DNA of 64,000 bases, from NCBI RefSeq assembly GCF_053078305.1, contig NZ_CP166879.1; one strand, 5' to 3'. Positions 12,047-23,497 of the stretch are shown here, piece by piece; position 1 is the stretch's first letter; every line of letters starts with the position of its first letter. The translations under genes and the position numbers were made by a program. The notes beneath the pieces are model-generated. The model was not told where the DNA came from, ran no database searches, and was given only the letters and a program-made list of their open reading frames with translations.

Positions 12047-12991
12047 ATGCTAACATTTTTTATTGGCGATTTATTGCCTATTATCGTAATCATGCTGTTG
12101 GGTTATTTTAGCGGCAGACGAGAAACTTTTTCAGAAGATCAAGCTCGGGCATTTAATAAACTGGTATTAAACTACGCTCTTCCTGCGGCTCTATTTGTAT
12201 CTATTACCCGGGCAAACAGGGAAATGATTTTTGCGGACACTCGTCTGACCCTTGTATCACTTGTGGTTATTGTCGGATGTTTCTTTTTCTCCTGGTTTGG
12301 TTGCTACAAATTTTTTAAACGTACCCATGCAGAAGCAGCTGTATGTGCATTAATTGCAGGTTCACCTACCATTGGATTCCTGGGGTTTGCAGTTCTCGAT
12401 CCTATTTATGGTGATTCCGTATCAACAGGTTTAGTGGTAGCAATTATTTCTATTATTGTTAACGCAATTACTATTCCTATTGGTCTGTATTTGCTGAATC
12501 CTTCCTCAGGAGCGGATGGTAAGAAGAATAGTAATCTGAGCGCATTAATTTCTGCGGCAAAGGAGCCAGTTGTATGGGCACCTGTTCTGGCAACGATCCT
12601 GGTGTTGGTTGGGGTAAAAATTCCGGCAGCATGGGACCCAACCTTTAATCTGATTGCGAAGGCTAACTCAGGGGTAGCGGTATTCGCTGCGGGGTTGACT
12701 CTGGCTGCACATAAATTCGAGTTCAGTGCCGAAATTGCTTATAACACCTTCCTGAAGCTGATTCTGATGCCACTGGCGCTGCTTCTCGTTGGTATGGCAT
12801 GTCATTTGAACAGCGAACATTTGCAGATGATGGTACTGGCAGGCGCATTACCGCCGGCATTCTCCGGAATCATTATTGCCAGCCGGTTTAATGTCTACAC
12901 CCGCACTGGTACAGCGTCATTGGCTGTGAGCGTACTGGGCTTTGTCGTCACGGCTCCCTTGTGGATTTATGTCAGTCGACTGGTTTCATAA
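12047..12991 (+). CDS. yfdV: AEC-family membrane transporter
   Basis: 314-aa polytopic membrane protein; synteny. Confidence 0.8.
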
Positions 12992-13020
12992 TTAATCATG
13001 TTATTGATTTTACATAAATG

Positions 13021-13051
13021 CCGAAGTGTCTTTTCACCTTCGGCTTTTTTC
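13021..13051 (+). terminator. Rho-independent terminator after yfdV
   Basis: Hairpin ccgaagtgtc...cttcgg followed by TTTTTT; lies inside the 5' extension of ORF 13026-14210, arguing the real yfdE start is at 13065. Confidence 0.55.
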
Positions 13052-13064
13052 AAGGCATAAGCAA

Positions 13065-14210
13065 ATGACAAATAATGAAAGCAAAGGGCCGTTTGAAGGC
13101 TTATTAGTTATCGATATGACACATGTCCTTAATGGACCTTTCGGAACTCAACTTCTTTGTAATATGGGCGCAAGGGTAATTAAAGTTGAGCCACCAGGTC
13201 ATGGTGATGATACCCGCACATTTGGTCCCTATGTGGATGGACAGTCACTCTATTACAGTTTTATTAATCATGGTAAAGAGAGTGTGGTTCTTGATTTAAA
13301 GAATGATCACGATAAAAGTATATTTATAAATATGCTTAAACAAGCTGATGTATTAGCTGAGAATTTTCGCCCAGGTACAATGGAAAAACTGGGGTTTTCA
13401 TGGGAAAGGTTACAAGAAATCAACCCGCGCCTCATATATGCTTCATCGTCAGGTTTCGGACATACCGGTCCGCTAAAAGATGCTCCTGCCTACGATACCA
13501 TCATTCAGGCAATGAGCGGGATAATGATGGAAACGGGATACCCTGATGCTCCGCCAGTGCGCGTTGGCACTTCTCTTGCGGATCTATGTGGCGGTGTCTA
13601 TTTATTCAGTGGAATAGTGAGTGCACTTTATGGCCGCGAAAAGAGCCAGAGAGGGGCGCATGTCGATATAGCGATGTTTGATGCCACGCTGAGTTTTCTG
13701 GAGCACGGGCTGATGGCATATATCGCGACTGGGAAGTCACCACAACGTTTGGGAAATCGCCACCCCTACATGGCACCTTTTGATGTTTTCGATACTCAGG
13801 ATAAGCCGATTACGATTTGTTGTGGTAATGACAAGCTTTTCTCTGCGTTATGCCAGGCACTGGAGCTTACGGAACTGGTTAATGATCCCAGATTTAGCAG
13901 CAATATTTTACGCGTACAAAACCAGGCTATTCTTAAACAATATATTGAGCGGACGTTAAAAACACAGGCAGCTGAAGTTTGGTTAGCCAGAATACATGAA
14001 GTTGGTGTGCCCGTCGCGCCGTTATTAAGTGTGGCTGAGGCCATTAATTTGCCACAAACTCAGGCGAGAAATATGTTGATTGAAGCCGGGGGAATAATGA
14101 TGCCGGGTAATCCGATAAAAATCAGTGGCTGCGCGGACCCGCATGTTATGCCGGGAGCGGCAACGCTCGACCAGCATGGGGAACAAATTCGCCAGGAGTT
14201 CTCATCATAA
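13065..14210 (+). CDS. yfdE: Acetyl-CoA:oxalate CoA-transferase (CaiB/BaiF family)
   Basis: ORF 13026-14210; likely start at ATG 13065 (MTNNESKGPFEG), after the terminator hairpin. Confidence 0.8.
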   Translation: MTNNESKGPFEGLLVIDMTHVLNGPFGTQLLCNMGARVIKVEPPGHGDDTRTFGPYVDGQSLYYSFINHGKESVVLDLKNDHDKSIFINMLKQADVLAENFRPGTMEKLGFSWERLQEINPRLIYASSSGFGHTGPLKDAPAYDTIIQAMSGIMMETGYPDAPPVRVGTSLADLCGGVYLFSGIVSALYGREKSQRGAHVDIAMFDATLSFLEHGLMAYIATGKSPQRLGNRHPYMAPFDVFDTQDKPITICCGNDKLFSALCQALELTELVNDPRFSSNILRVQNQAILKQYIERTLKTQAAEVWLARIHEVGVPVAPLLSVAEAINLPQTQARNMLIEAGGIMMPGNPIKISGCADPHVMPGAATLDQHGEQIRQEFSS

Positions 14211-14265
14211 ATGTAAGATGTGCTGGTAAATAGCTCCCACATTTGAACATTGTGGGAGCCGCTAT

Positions 14266-17200
14266 TTAGTCATTTTGTTGACAGAAAACAGCAATCTCCT
14301 GGTCCAGCTCTGCAATGTGTTCTTTTACAGAGTTCAGCAACTGAAGAATTTCAGGTTTACTGTCATCTGAAACAGGTGTTATTTCTAACTGATGGCTAAT
14401 ATTAATCAACTTTTGCAAATTCAGGATGTTAGCCGCACCGTGGATGCGATGAATACATTGATGGAAAGTTCTGTTATCGCCAGCTTCTAGTGCATGAAAC
14501 GCAGCGGGTAGATCTTTATGGGTTTCATGCTGGAAAGTCATGAGAATCTCCTGCATCAGTTGTAGATCGTTCGCCGTATTATTTTTCAGGGCTTCGATAT
14601 CAAGGTGGCGATACTGAGGTGCAATATGCACAACCTGGTGTAACTGACTTAAATGTGTTTTCAGTACATCCAGGGTCAACGGTTTGAACAAACATAAGTT
14701 CATGCCGCAATTTAACCCTTTTTCACGTTCGTTAGCCTGTGCGTTGGCTGTAAGCCCCCAGATGGGTAAGGACGAATTTTGCTCACGGAGTTTGCGAGTC
14801 AACTCAAAACCATCCATATTCGGCATATTAACGTCAGTAATAAGCAGATCATAATGTTGCATACTGACTTTGTGTAACGCTTGCACACCATCAGTGGCTT
14901 CGTCAACATCATATCCTAATAGATTTAGCTGGCGTTTGAGTAATAGCCTGTTGGTCGGATGATCATCCGCGATTAATATGCTCAACTTTTCAGGTAGTGT
15001 GATAGGTTGTTCTGCTTTTGCCTCGACAGCCGCCACTTGTTGGGTAATTTCTACCGGGATTGTGATCGTAAATGTTGTTCCTATGCCTGGATGACTTTCT
15101 AATGACAAATCACCCTGCATGTTTTTAATTAATTCTTTGCAGATCATTAAGCCTAAACCAGAACCTGTTTGCTGACGACCTGCACTTGTTTGGCTATAAC
15201 GTTTAAACAGTTGTTGTTGTTCTTCCTGTGATAATCCACTTCCAGAATCCATAATCGTCATTTTGATTACAGCGTGGTTGTCATCAATGTGAACCAGGGA
15301 GGTCGTAATTTTTACTGCCCCCTCGGTGGTAAATTTGAGAGCATTGCTCAGTAAATTAGATAAGACCTGCTTAAACGCCTGAGGGTCGATCTTAACCAGG
15401 TAATGTTCAGGAAACGTACTGCTGCAACTTAATGCGATCGATTTGCTTGCAGCAATCGCACCGAAAGAGTGACAAGTGTTCTGGACTAAAGTAGGGATAT
15501 CGACCCATTGTGGTTGAAGTTGATAGTTACCCGATTCAATTTTGTCGACATCAAGGATTTCACCAATTAAGCCGAGGAGTGATTGTCCGGTGGCGTAGGC
15601 AAGTGAAATCGCCTCCACACGTTGCTCCTTGCTAAGACCAGAACCCGACAGAAGTTCCAGGAAGCCCATAATGGAGCTAATTGGTGTTCTTATTTCGTGA
15701 CTCATTGTTGCCAGAAACTGGCTTTTTGCGACAGTTGCATTGATCGCTTTATTTCTCTCTACTTCGAGTGCATGAATTAAATCACGCGTCTCGGTAATAT
15801 CTTGCCAACCACAAATATAAACAGCATGATCGCTGGCTGGCAGATTGCATAATGTATGCCAGTGATTAATGCATCTTTTCTCGATGCCATTATCAATTTC
15901 AAATACCTGTGTGTATATTGTTCGATTTTCTTTCGTTTCTGCTGTGACTTCATGCGCATTAGAAAAAACATCTTTAAAGGGGGAGTCACTGTTTTCTAAT
16001 GGTAACATTGCATTTTTGTAGTAATCCGCAGTGAAATAATGTTCAAAAGCACTATTATGACTAATGACATTACCTTGCCAGTTTACAACATAAGTTGGAT
16101 TCGGTAAGGAATCCGAGAGTGCTTTCCGGAATGATATTTGGTTTTCTAAATCACCCTGAATGACTTTACGACGACGAACTGAGCGTAACAGGTAGAATCC
16201 CCATAAAAGGCTACTGCCAACTAATAAAACGGATAATGTCGTAACAATATAAAATTGCTCGCTATAGAGGTCCCATGTGTCAATGGTCACATTGGGCATT
16301 TTAATCCATTTTTCGGTCAGGCGCAGAACTTCGCTTGGGGGGATTGCATTCAGTGCTTTATTAATAATATCCTTAAGTTCCGGTTCTCCGCGAGGAAAAG
16401 CGAACGAAAGCGATGCATTCGGAACGCCGGGAATAAGAAAATGATAAAGTTCATTAGGATAGTAATGGTCGATCATGTAACGTGAATTTAACTGTGTCGC
16501 GACCAGAGCATCAAGTTCGCCTTCCTTGACCTTGTGAAATGCAGCGCTGGCGTTATCGACTTTTATCCACTCTACCTCCGGATACATCTCTTTTAATTGC
16601 GAATGAAGCTCATAATAATATGGAATGGCAACTTTCATTCCTTTTTTTAATGTTTGTTCACTGTCAGGCGCTTTTTGCATGACAAAAACGTAAGGCGTTG
16701 TTATGAAGGCTTCAGCAAATAAAACATTATTTTCTCTATCTTCACTATAAATAGCACCGGGTAATATATCCCATCCGCCGGGATTCAGCTGTGTTCCAGC
16801 ATGGATATTGTGTGAAACGGTGATCGGAGAAAAATTTAAACCTGTTTGCAAGGTAATAATATTAAGAATGTCCCCCATAACGCCCCGAACCGAGCCATTT
16901 TCATCCGTCATAGAATAGGGGGGCGAGTAAGGATTTTCCAGCACCTTTAAATCGGGATGCTGCTTAATCCACTGTTTTTCATGTTCAGTGAGTTCTAATG
17001 GTTTGTTCAGAAAGGCCAGGTTTCCTGTATCAAGCCAATTTTGTGATACTTCATAGCGAACTTCATTTGTCAAAGCATCAACAAATCGATTGAGTACTTC
17101 ATTAAGAACGACAGATTCTTTTCTGGTCAAGAAAAAATTATATTGACGCGGTGAGTTATAATATTTCACTACATTTAAGGAGTGAGTGAAATAGCGGGAA

Positions 17201-17859
17201 ATCATACTGCTGGTAATGATGTTACTACCAATAAAGTAATCATTCTGTCCGGCTGAGACGGATGCTAATGCCTGATATAAATTTGTAAAAGAGATAATTG
17301 TTGCTTTTGGAAATGATTGATGAATTACCTCGTCAGGGGGATAATTTGCTACTCGAGCAATATTTACTGGTTTTGATGAGGTAAGCGGTCGCATTGAATC
17401 GTGAAGGGTGGTGACCAGCGCCGGAAAGGTAATTATCAGTGGTTTGGTTGCAGCAATGTCATCATTAAGAGGCGGCGAAGCAACTAAATGTGATAACACT
17501 ATATCGACTTCACCTTCTTCCAGCGCGTCCATTGCTTTTTGATGATCGGCGTATTCCCGGAGTGTTAATTTGATATTTAACGCTCTTTTTAAAAGATTTA
17601 AATAATCAGCATTAATACCACGAACCCGTTGCTGCGAATCGGTATGCAACAACGTAGCCGTTTGGGACTTATGTACTGCAATCACAAGATTTTTTTTGCT
17701 CGCTAACCAACGTAATTCCTTGTTGCTCAGACGTAGTGGATCAAGTGTGACACGGTTGTTACTACTGATGCCACGATATTCGATGTAATCTTCGTCTGCG
17801 AAACTTATGGTCGACCAAAGACCACAACAGAGAAGAAAAATATAGGGTAAAAACTTCAT
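14266..17859 (-). CDS. evgS: Hybrid sensor histidine kinase EvgS
   Basis: 1197-aa ORF with periplasmic binding domains, HisKA/HATPase, receiver and HPt domains. Confidence 0.9.
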   Translation of the reverse strand: MKFLPYIFLLCCGLWSTISFADEDYIEYRGISSNNRVTLDPLRLSNKELRWLASKKNLVIAVHKSQTATLLHTDSQQRVRGINADYLNLLKRALNIKLTLREYADHQKAMDALEEGEVDIVLSHLVASPPLNDDIAATKPLIITFPALVTTLHDSMRPLTSSKPVNIARVANYPPDEVIHQSFPKATIISFTNLYQALASVSAGQNDYFIGSNIITSSMISRYFTHSLNVVKYYNSPRQYNFFLTRKESVVLNEVLNRFVDALTNEVRYEVSQNWLDTGNLAFLNKPLELTEHEKQWIKQHPDLKVLENPYSPPYSMTDENGSVRGVMGDILNIITLQTGLNFSPITVSHNIHAGTQLNPGGWDILPGAIYSEDRENNVLFAEAFITTPYVFVMQKAPDSEQTLKKGMKVAIPYYYELHSQLKEMYPEVEWIKVDNASAAFHKVKEGELDALVATQLNSRYMIDHYYPNELYHFLIPGVPNASLSFAFPRGEPELKDIINKALNAIPPSEVLRLTEKWIKMPNVTIDTWDLYSEQFYIVTTLSVLLVGSSLLWGFYLLRSVRRRKVIQGDLENQISFRKALSDSLPNPTYVVNWQGNVISHNSAFEHYFTADYYKNAMLPLENSDSPFKDVFSNAHEVTAETKENRTIYTQVFEIDNGIEKRCINHWHTLCNLPASDHAVYICGWQDITETRDLIHALEVERNKAINATVAKSQFLATMSHEIRTPISSIMGFLELLSGSGLSKEQRVEAISLAYATGQSLLGLIGEILDVDKIESGNYQLQPQWVDIPTLVQNTCHSFGAIAASKSIALSCSSTFPEHYLVKIDPQAFKQVLSNLLSNALKFTTEGAVKITTSLVHIDDNHAVIKMTIMDSGSGLSQEEQQQLFKRYSQTSAGRQQTGSGLGLMICKELIKNMQGDLSLESHPGIGTTFTITIPVEITQQVAAVEAKAEQPITLPEKLSILIADDHPTNRLLLKRQLNLLGYDVDEATDGVQALHKVSMQHYDLLITDVNMPNMDGFELTRKLREQNSSLPIWGLTANAQANEREKGLNCGMNLCLFKPLTLDVLKTHLSQLHQVVHIAPQYRHLDIEALKNNTANDLQLMQEILMTFQHETHKDLPAAFHALEAGDNRTFHQCIHRIHGAANILNLQKLINISHQLEITPVSDDSKPEILQLLNSVKEHIAELDQEIAVFCQQND

Positions 17860-17863
17860 GTGG

Positions 17864-18478
17864 TTAGCCGATTTTGTTACGTTGTGCGAATGTGTAAAGA
17901 TCCATCAGTGATTTACATTCTAATTTTTCCATCAGGCGACTTTTATAAGTGCTGACAGTTTTGTTGCTGATGAACATTTTTTCAGCAATGTCATTATTAT
18001 CCTTGCCATCAAGAATATAGCGCATGACACTAATTTCTTGTTTCGATAAGGAGTCGAGTTTTTGCTGGTCGGACGTTAAACTTCCAACAAACCGGTTGAG
18101 AGAGAAGGGGAAATAGCAGTAGCCATTTTTTGCAGCTTCAATAGCCGCAATGATATTGTTCATGCCTTCTTTTTTACTCACGAAACCATTAGCGCCAGCA
18201 TCAGCACAATGTTTCCCGTAAAAATGGTCATTTTTAGCGGAGACGATAATAATAATTCCGCTATATTGGCGCTTCCTCAGCGTTTCTAACACCTGGATAC
18301 CGTTAACTCCGGGGATATCGACATCAATGATGACGATATCAGGCTTAAGTGTTTCCACCCGCTGAACGGCACTTCCGCCTTCAGTCAACTCTGCTAAGAT
18401 TTCAATATCGTTTTTGATCAATAAATTACGAATTGCTGCGATAGCAAGAGGATGGTCATCAATAATTATTGCGTTCAT
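17864..18478 (-). CDS. evgA: Response regulator EvgA (LuxR/FixJ family)
   Basis: 204-aa ORF, receiver plus LuxR HTH. Confidence 0.9.
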   Translation of the reverse strand: MNAIIIDDHPLAIAAIRNLLIKNDIEILAELTEGGSAVQRVETLKPDIVIIDVDIPGVNGIQVLETLRKRQYSGIIIIVSAKNDHFYGKHCADAGANGFVSKKEGMNNIIAAIEAAKNGYCYFPFSLNRFVGSLTSDQQKLDSLSKQEISVMRYILDGKDNNDIAEKMFISNKTVSTYKSRLMEKLECKSLMDLYTFAQRNKIG

Positions 18479-18701
18479 AGATTATTCCCTTTGCAATGAA
18501 GCATCTCCCTTCTCCCTGTAGTAATACAGACATAAGGCATCATCTCATTTTCTCAATAAAAATAAGAAAATTTGAGCTTCCTTTAAGATAATTCGACAAG
18601 TATACCATATAAATAGTCGGCATATATGAAATGTCAACAATAAAATCAGGGATTATACCGATGATTTATAGTTTCAAGTTAGCACTATAAGTCTTCTCAC
18701 T

Positions 18702-18721
18702 AATCCTACAGGCGTAAGAAT
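18702..18721. promoter_or_regulatory. Putative EvgA box in evgA-emrK intergenic region
   Basis: Imperfect inverted repeat tcctaca-ggc-gtaagaa resembling the recalled EvgA consensus; from memory only. Confidence 0.3.
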
Positions 18722-18893
18722 TGTATTGCAAAAGCCACGGTTTAGTCCTCTGTTGTTTTTTTTGCACCTCATTTAAATTAGGCCTCCAACGTTCCTGGGA
18801 TAATGTGCAACACATGCACTGTGTTTGATATGAAGAATGAATACTCTTTTCATTCAATTCATAAATTTCATCTATGCGAAATGAGAGATAATA

Positions 18894-20057
18894 GTGGAAC
18901 AGATTAATTCAAATAAAAAACATTCTAACAGAAGAAAATACTTTTCTTTATTGGCGATAGTTTTATTTATTGCGTTTTCAGGTGCTTATGCCTATTGGTC
19001 AATGGAATTAGAAGACATGATTAGTACAGATGACGCCTATGTCACGGGGAATGCAGATCCAATTTCTGCACAAGTCTCAGGTAGTGTCACTGTAGTTAAT
19101 CATAAAGATACGAACTACGTTCGACAGGGTGACATTTTAGTTTCACTGGATAAAACTGATGCCACTATCGCACTCAATAAAGCTAAAAATAATCTGGCAA
19201 ATATTGTTCGGCAAACGAATAAACTGTACTTACAGGATAAACAATACAGTGCCGAAGTCGCTTCAGCACGTATTCAGTATCAACAATCTTTAGAAGATTA
19301 TAACCGTCGTGTGCCTTTAGCGAAGCAGGGGGTTATTTCAAAAGAAACGCTGGAGCATACCAAAGATACGTTAATAAGTAGCAAAGCGGCATTGAATGCC
19401 GCTATCCAGGCTTATAAAGCGAATAAAGCTTTAGTAATGAACACACCATTAAACCGTCAGCCACAAGTCGTTGAAGCTGCGGATGCAACCAAAGAAGCCT
19501 GGTTGGCGCTTAAACGTACGGATATTAAGAGTCCGGTTACCGGCTATATTGCCCAGAGAAGTGTTCAGGTCGGCGAAACAGTGAGCCCCGGACAATCGTT
19601 AATGGCTGTCGTACCGGCACGTCAAATGTGGGTTAATGCCAACTTTAAAGAAACACAACTCACGGATGTACGGATTGGTCAATCGGTCAATATTATCAGC
19701 GATCTTTATGGTGAAAATGTTGTGTTTCATGGCCGGGTGACAGGGATCAATATGGGAACCGGCAATGCGTTCTCCTTATTACCTGCACAAAATGCGACAG
19801 GGAACTGGATCAAAATCGTTCAGCGTGTACCGGTTGAAGTTTCTCTTGATCCAAAAGAACTCATGGAACACCCCTTGCGCATTGGTTTATCGATGACTGC
19901 AACTATTGATACGAAGGACGAAGACATTGCTGAGATGCCTGATCTGGCTTCAACCGTGACCTCCATGCCTGCTTATACCAGTAAGGCTTTAGTTATCGAT
20001 ACCAGTCCGATAGAAAAAGAAATTAGCAACATTATTTCGCATAATGGACAACTTTAA
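18894..20057 (+). CDS. emrK: Multidrug efflux membrane fusion protein
   Basis: 387-aa ORF (GTG start), HlyD-family; synteny. Confidence 0.85.
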   Translation: MEQINSNKKHSNRRKYFSLLAIVLFIAFSGAYAYWSMELEDMISTDDAYVTGNADPISAQVSGSVTVVNHKDTNYVRQGDILVSLDKTDATIALNKAKNNLANIVRQTNKLYLQDKQYSAEVASARIQYQQSLEDYNRRVPLAKQGVISKETLEHTKDTLISSKAALNAAIQAYKANKALVMNTPLNRQPQVVEAADATKEAWLALKRTDIKSPVTGYIAQRSVQVGETVSPGQSLMAVVPARQMWVNANFKETQLTDVRIGQSVNIISDLYGENVVFHGRVTGINMGTGNAFSLLPAQNATGNWIKIVQRVPVEVSLDPKELMEHPLRIGLSMTATIDTKDEDIAEMPDLASTVTSMPAYTSKALVIDTSPIEKEISNIISHNGQL

Positions 20058-21595
20058 TGGCAATCACTAAATCAACTCCAGCACCATTAACCGGTGGGAC
20101 GTTATGGTGCGTCACTATTGCATTGTCATTAGCGACGTTTATGCAAATGTTGGATTCCACTATTTCTAACGTCGCAATACCGACAATATCTGGCTTTCTG
20201 GGAGCATCAACAGACGAAGGCACCTGGGTTATCACCTCGTTTGGCGTAGCAAATGCCATTGCGATCCCTGTTACCGGCAGGCTGGCACAAAGAATAGGCG
20301 AATTAAGGTTATTTTTACTTTCAGTCACTTTTTTTTCGCTGTCTTCCTTAATGTGTAGTTTATCGACCAATCTTGATGTGTTGATATTTTTTAGAGTCGT
20401 TCAGGGGTTAATGGCAGGGCCGTTAATTCCACTGTCACAGAGTTTATTATTAAGGAATTATCCACCAGAAAAAAGAACATTTGCTCTGGCATTATGGTCA
20501 ATGACCGTGATTATAGCTCCGATATGTGGGCCGATATTAGGCGGATATATTTGCGATAACTTTAGCTGGGGTTGGATATTTTTAATCAATGTCCCTATGG
20601 GTATTATCGTCCTGACATTATGCTTAACCTTACTTAAAGGAAGAGAAACTGAGACTTCACCGGTCAAAATGAATCTACCAGGACTGACCCTGTTAGTGCT
20701 CGGTGTTGGTGGCTTGCAAATTATGCTTGATAAAGGGCGCGATCTGGATTGGTTCAACTCGAGTACAATAATAATATTAACAGTAGTATCAGTTATTTCT
20801 CTGATCTCTTTAGTCATTTGGGAGTCGACCTCAGAGAACCCGATTCTTGATCTCAGTTTGTTTAAGTCCCGTAATTTCACCATTGGTATAGTGAGTATCA
20901 CATGCGCGTATTTATTTTACTCTGGAGCGATCGTCCTTATGCCGCAGTTACTCCAGGAAACGATGGGGTATAATGCGATATGGGCCGGACTTGCTTATGC
21001 GCCCATCGGCATCATGCCACTATTAATTTCACCTTTGATAGGACGTTATGGCAACAAAATAGACATGCGGTTGTTAGTGACATTTAGTTTTTTGATGTAT
21101 GCGGTTTGCTATTACTGGCGTTCTGTGACATTTATGCCAACGATTGATTTTACAGGCATCATTTTGCCACAGTTTTTCCAGGGGTTCGCCGTTGCCTGTT
21201 TCTTTTTACCCTTAACAACGATTTCGTTTTCAGGGTTGCCAGATAATAAATTTGCCAATGCCTCGAGTATGAGTAATTTTTTTCGTACCTTGTCAGGATC
21301 AGTTGGTACGTCGTTGACAATGACGCTGTGGGGGCGACGCGAATCGTTACACCATAGTCAGTTGACAGCAACCATCGATCAATTTAACCCTGTGTTTAAT
21401 TCATCGTCACAAATTATGGATAAATACTATGGTTCGCTTTCAGGAGTTCTTAATGAAATTAATAATGAAATAACCCAGCAGTCACTTTCTATTTCTGCAA
21501 ATGAGATTTTCCGTATGGCGGCTATTGCTTTTATCTTACTTACGGTTTTGGTTTGGTTTGCGAAACCGCCGTTTACAGCGAAAGGCGTTGGGTGA
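20057..21595 (+). CDS. emrY: MFS multidrug efflux pump
   Basis: 512-aa polytopic ORF overlapping emrK stop. Confidence 0.9.
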   Translation: MAITKSTPAPLTGGTLWCVTIALSLATFMQMLDSTISNVAIPTISGFLGASTDEGTWVITSFGVANAIAIPVTGRLAQRIGELRLFLLSVTFFSLSSLMCSLSTNLDVLIFFRVVQGLMAGPLIPLSQSLLLRNYPPEKRTFALALWSMTVIIAPICGPILGGYICDNFSWGWIFLINVPMGIIVLTLCLTLLKGRETETSPVKMNLPGLTLLVLGVGGLQIMLDKGRDLDWFNSSTIIILTVVSVISLISLVIWESTSENPILDLSLFKSRNFTIGIVSITCAYLFYSGAIVLMPQLLQETMGYNAIWAGLAYAPIGIMPLLISPLIGRYGNKIDMRLLVTFSFLMYAVCYYWRSVTFMPTIDFTGIILPQFFQGFAVACFFLPLTTISFSGLPDNKFANASSMSNFFRTLSGSVGTSLTMTLWGRRESLHHSQLTATIDQFNPVFNSSSQIMDKYYGSLSGVLNEINNEITQQSLSISANEIFRMAAIAFILLTVLVWFAKPPFTAKGVG

Positions 21596-21702
21596 TGGTA
21601 AAAGCAGGGGGTTATAGCGGGTAAGACCGGGGATCTTAAGTCTGCGCCATCGGCAGCATCGCTCACCCAGGGAAAGGATGGCGATGCTGCGTTGAAATGT
21701 TA

Positions 21703-23031
21703 TTAACGGCCTTTTGCCAGATATTGCTCCATCTCTTCTTCCGGCACCATTCCACCTCCCGTCGCCCACACCAGATGAGTGGTATTACGCAGTTGTTCTG
21801 CGCTGAAACCGTGCATCTGTTGGTAACTTACTGATGCACACACGCGCTGAGGTCCGGCCATACCCGCCAGTGCCGAAGGTTCAAGACGAATACCTTCTTC
21901 CTGCGCCAGCCAGCCAAGCATGTCATACATGGTTTGATCGCTAAGGGTATAGAAGCCATCCAGCAGACGCTCCATTGCCCGCCCGACAAAGCCTGATGCG
22001 CGACCAACTGCAAGGCCATCCGCTGCGGTAAGGTTGTCGATACCAATATCCTGAACAGAAATCTGATCGTGTAATCCTGTATGGACGCCTAACAACATAC
22101 AAGGGGAGTGCGTTGGTTCGGCAAAAAAGCAGTGAACATGATCGCCAAACGCCAGTTTAAGCCCGAATGCGACGCCACCAGGACCACCGCCAACACCACA
22201 CGGCAGATAGACAAACAGAGGGTTATCAGCATCGACGATACGGCCTTGCTGGGCAAATTGCGCTTTAAGACGCTGGCCAGCGACGGAATACCCAAGGAAC
22301 AACGTGCGGGAATTTTCGTCATCAATAAAGAAACAGTTCGGGTCAGACTGCGCTGCTTTACGTCCTTCCTCGACGGCAACACCATAATCTTGCTCATATT
22401 CCACGACCGTAACGCCATGGCTGCGCAGTTTCGCTTTTTTCCATGCCCGGGCATCAGCAGACATATGCACTGTCACCTTAAAGCCAATGCGGGCGCTCAT
22501 AATGCCGATTGATAACCCCAGATTTCCGGTTGAGCCCACAGCAATGCTGTATTGGCTAAAGAACTGTTTAAACTCCGGAGAAAGCAGTTTGCTGTAGTCA
22601 TCATCAAGCGTCAGCAACCCCGCTTCCAGAGCCAGTTTTTCTGCGTGTGCCAGGACTTCATAAATCCCGCCGCGTGCTTTTATGGAGCCGGAAATGGGCA
22701 AATGGCTATCTTTTTTCAGTAACAGTTGCCCGCTGATCGGTTGTTGATATTCCTTTTCCAGCCGTTTTTGCATAGCCGGAATGGCAACCAGTTCTGATTC
22801 AATAATCCCCCCAGTGGCAGCAGTTTCAGGAAATGCTTTTGCCAGATAGGGTGCAAAACGGGATAAGCGCGCATGGGCGTCCTGAACATCCTGTTCGGTC
22901 AGGCCAACATAAGGTAAACCTTCAGCCAATGAGGTCGTGCCAGGATTAAACCAGGTGGTTTCTTTAAGAGCAACCAGATCCTTTACCAACGGATACTGGG
23001 CGATGAGCGAGTTCATTTTAGCGTTTTCCAT
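21703..23031 (-). CDS. dsdA: D-serine dehydratase
   Basis: 442-aa ORF with PLP motif SGSIKARGG. Confidence 0.9.
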   Translation of the reverse strand: MENAKMNSLIAQYPLVKDLVALKETTWFNPGTTSLAEGLPYVGLTEQDVQDAHARLSRFAPYLAKAFPETAATGGIIESELVAIPAMQKRLEKEYQQPISGQLLLKKDSHLPISGSIKARGGIYEVLAHAEKLALEAGLLTLDDDYSKLLSPEFKQFFSQYSIAVGSTGNLGLSIGIMSARIGFKVTVHMSADARAWKKAKLRSHGVTVVEYEQDYGVAVEEGRKAAQSDPNCFFIDDENSRTLFLGYSVAGQRLKAQFAQQGRIVDADNPLFVYLPCGVGGGPGGVAFGLKLAFGDHVHCFFAEPTHSPCMLLGVHTGLHDQISVQDIGIDNLTAADGLAVGRASGFVGRAMERLLDGFYTLSDQTMYDMLGWLAQEEGIRLEPSALAGMAGPQRVCASVSYQQMHGFSAEQLRNTTHLVWATGGGMVPEEEMEQYLAKGR

Positions 23032-23048
23032 AGTACGTCTCTTTGCGC

Positions 23049-23267
23049 TTAGATGATAAATGACAGCAGGAATGTGCCCGCCAGAGCGACGACTGAAGCG
23101 ATAAATGTCGCTGTCGTATAGTATTTAAATGTTTCATTGAGCGTAGCGCCGCAATATTGCTTCACCAGCCAGAAAAGCGAGTCCGTAACGATCGTGCAGC
23201 CAATCGCGCCTGAACCGATAGCAATCGCAATAATTTCCGGGCTGATGTCGGGATACAGCGGCAGCAC
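23049..23267 (-). pseudogene. dsdX: 3' remnant of D-serine permease gene (GntP family C-terminus)
   Basis: 72-aa ORF is only a hydrophobic C-terminal fragment; the rest of dsdX and dsdC are replaced by csc genes. Confidence 0.55.
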
Positions 23268-23497
23268 AATGATCCATATTTATATTTTCTTCTCCAGGTT
23301 GGCGATGCCAGTTGGCATGTTTTACTTACTTGCCTATATGGTTACTCGTTGGCGAGAACAGAGGCGGAATTGGGGACAATTGTCCGGGAATTATTGTTAT
23401 TTTTTATTGTATTGCCGTGTCAGGTGATAGGGCGTTGGATCTCGCCAGTGACGTCTGTTTCTGCTACAGTGCCCGTTTTACGGCAAACGGCTTGGGT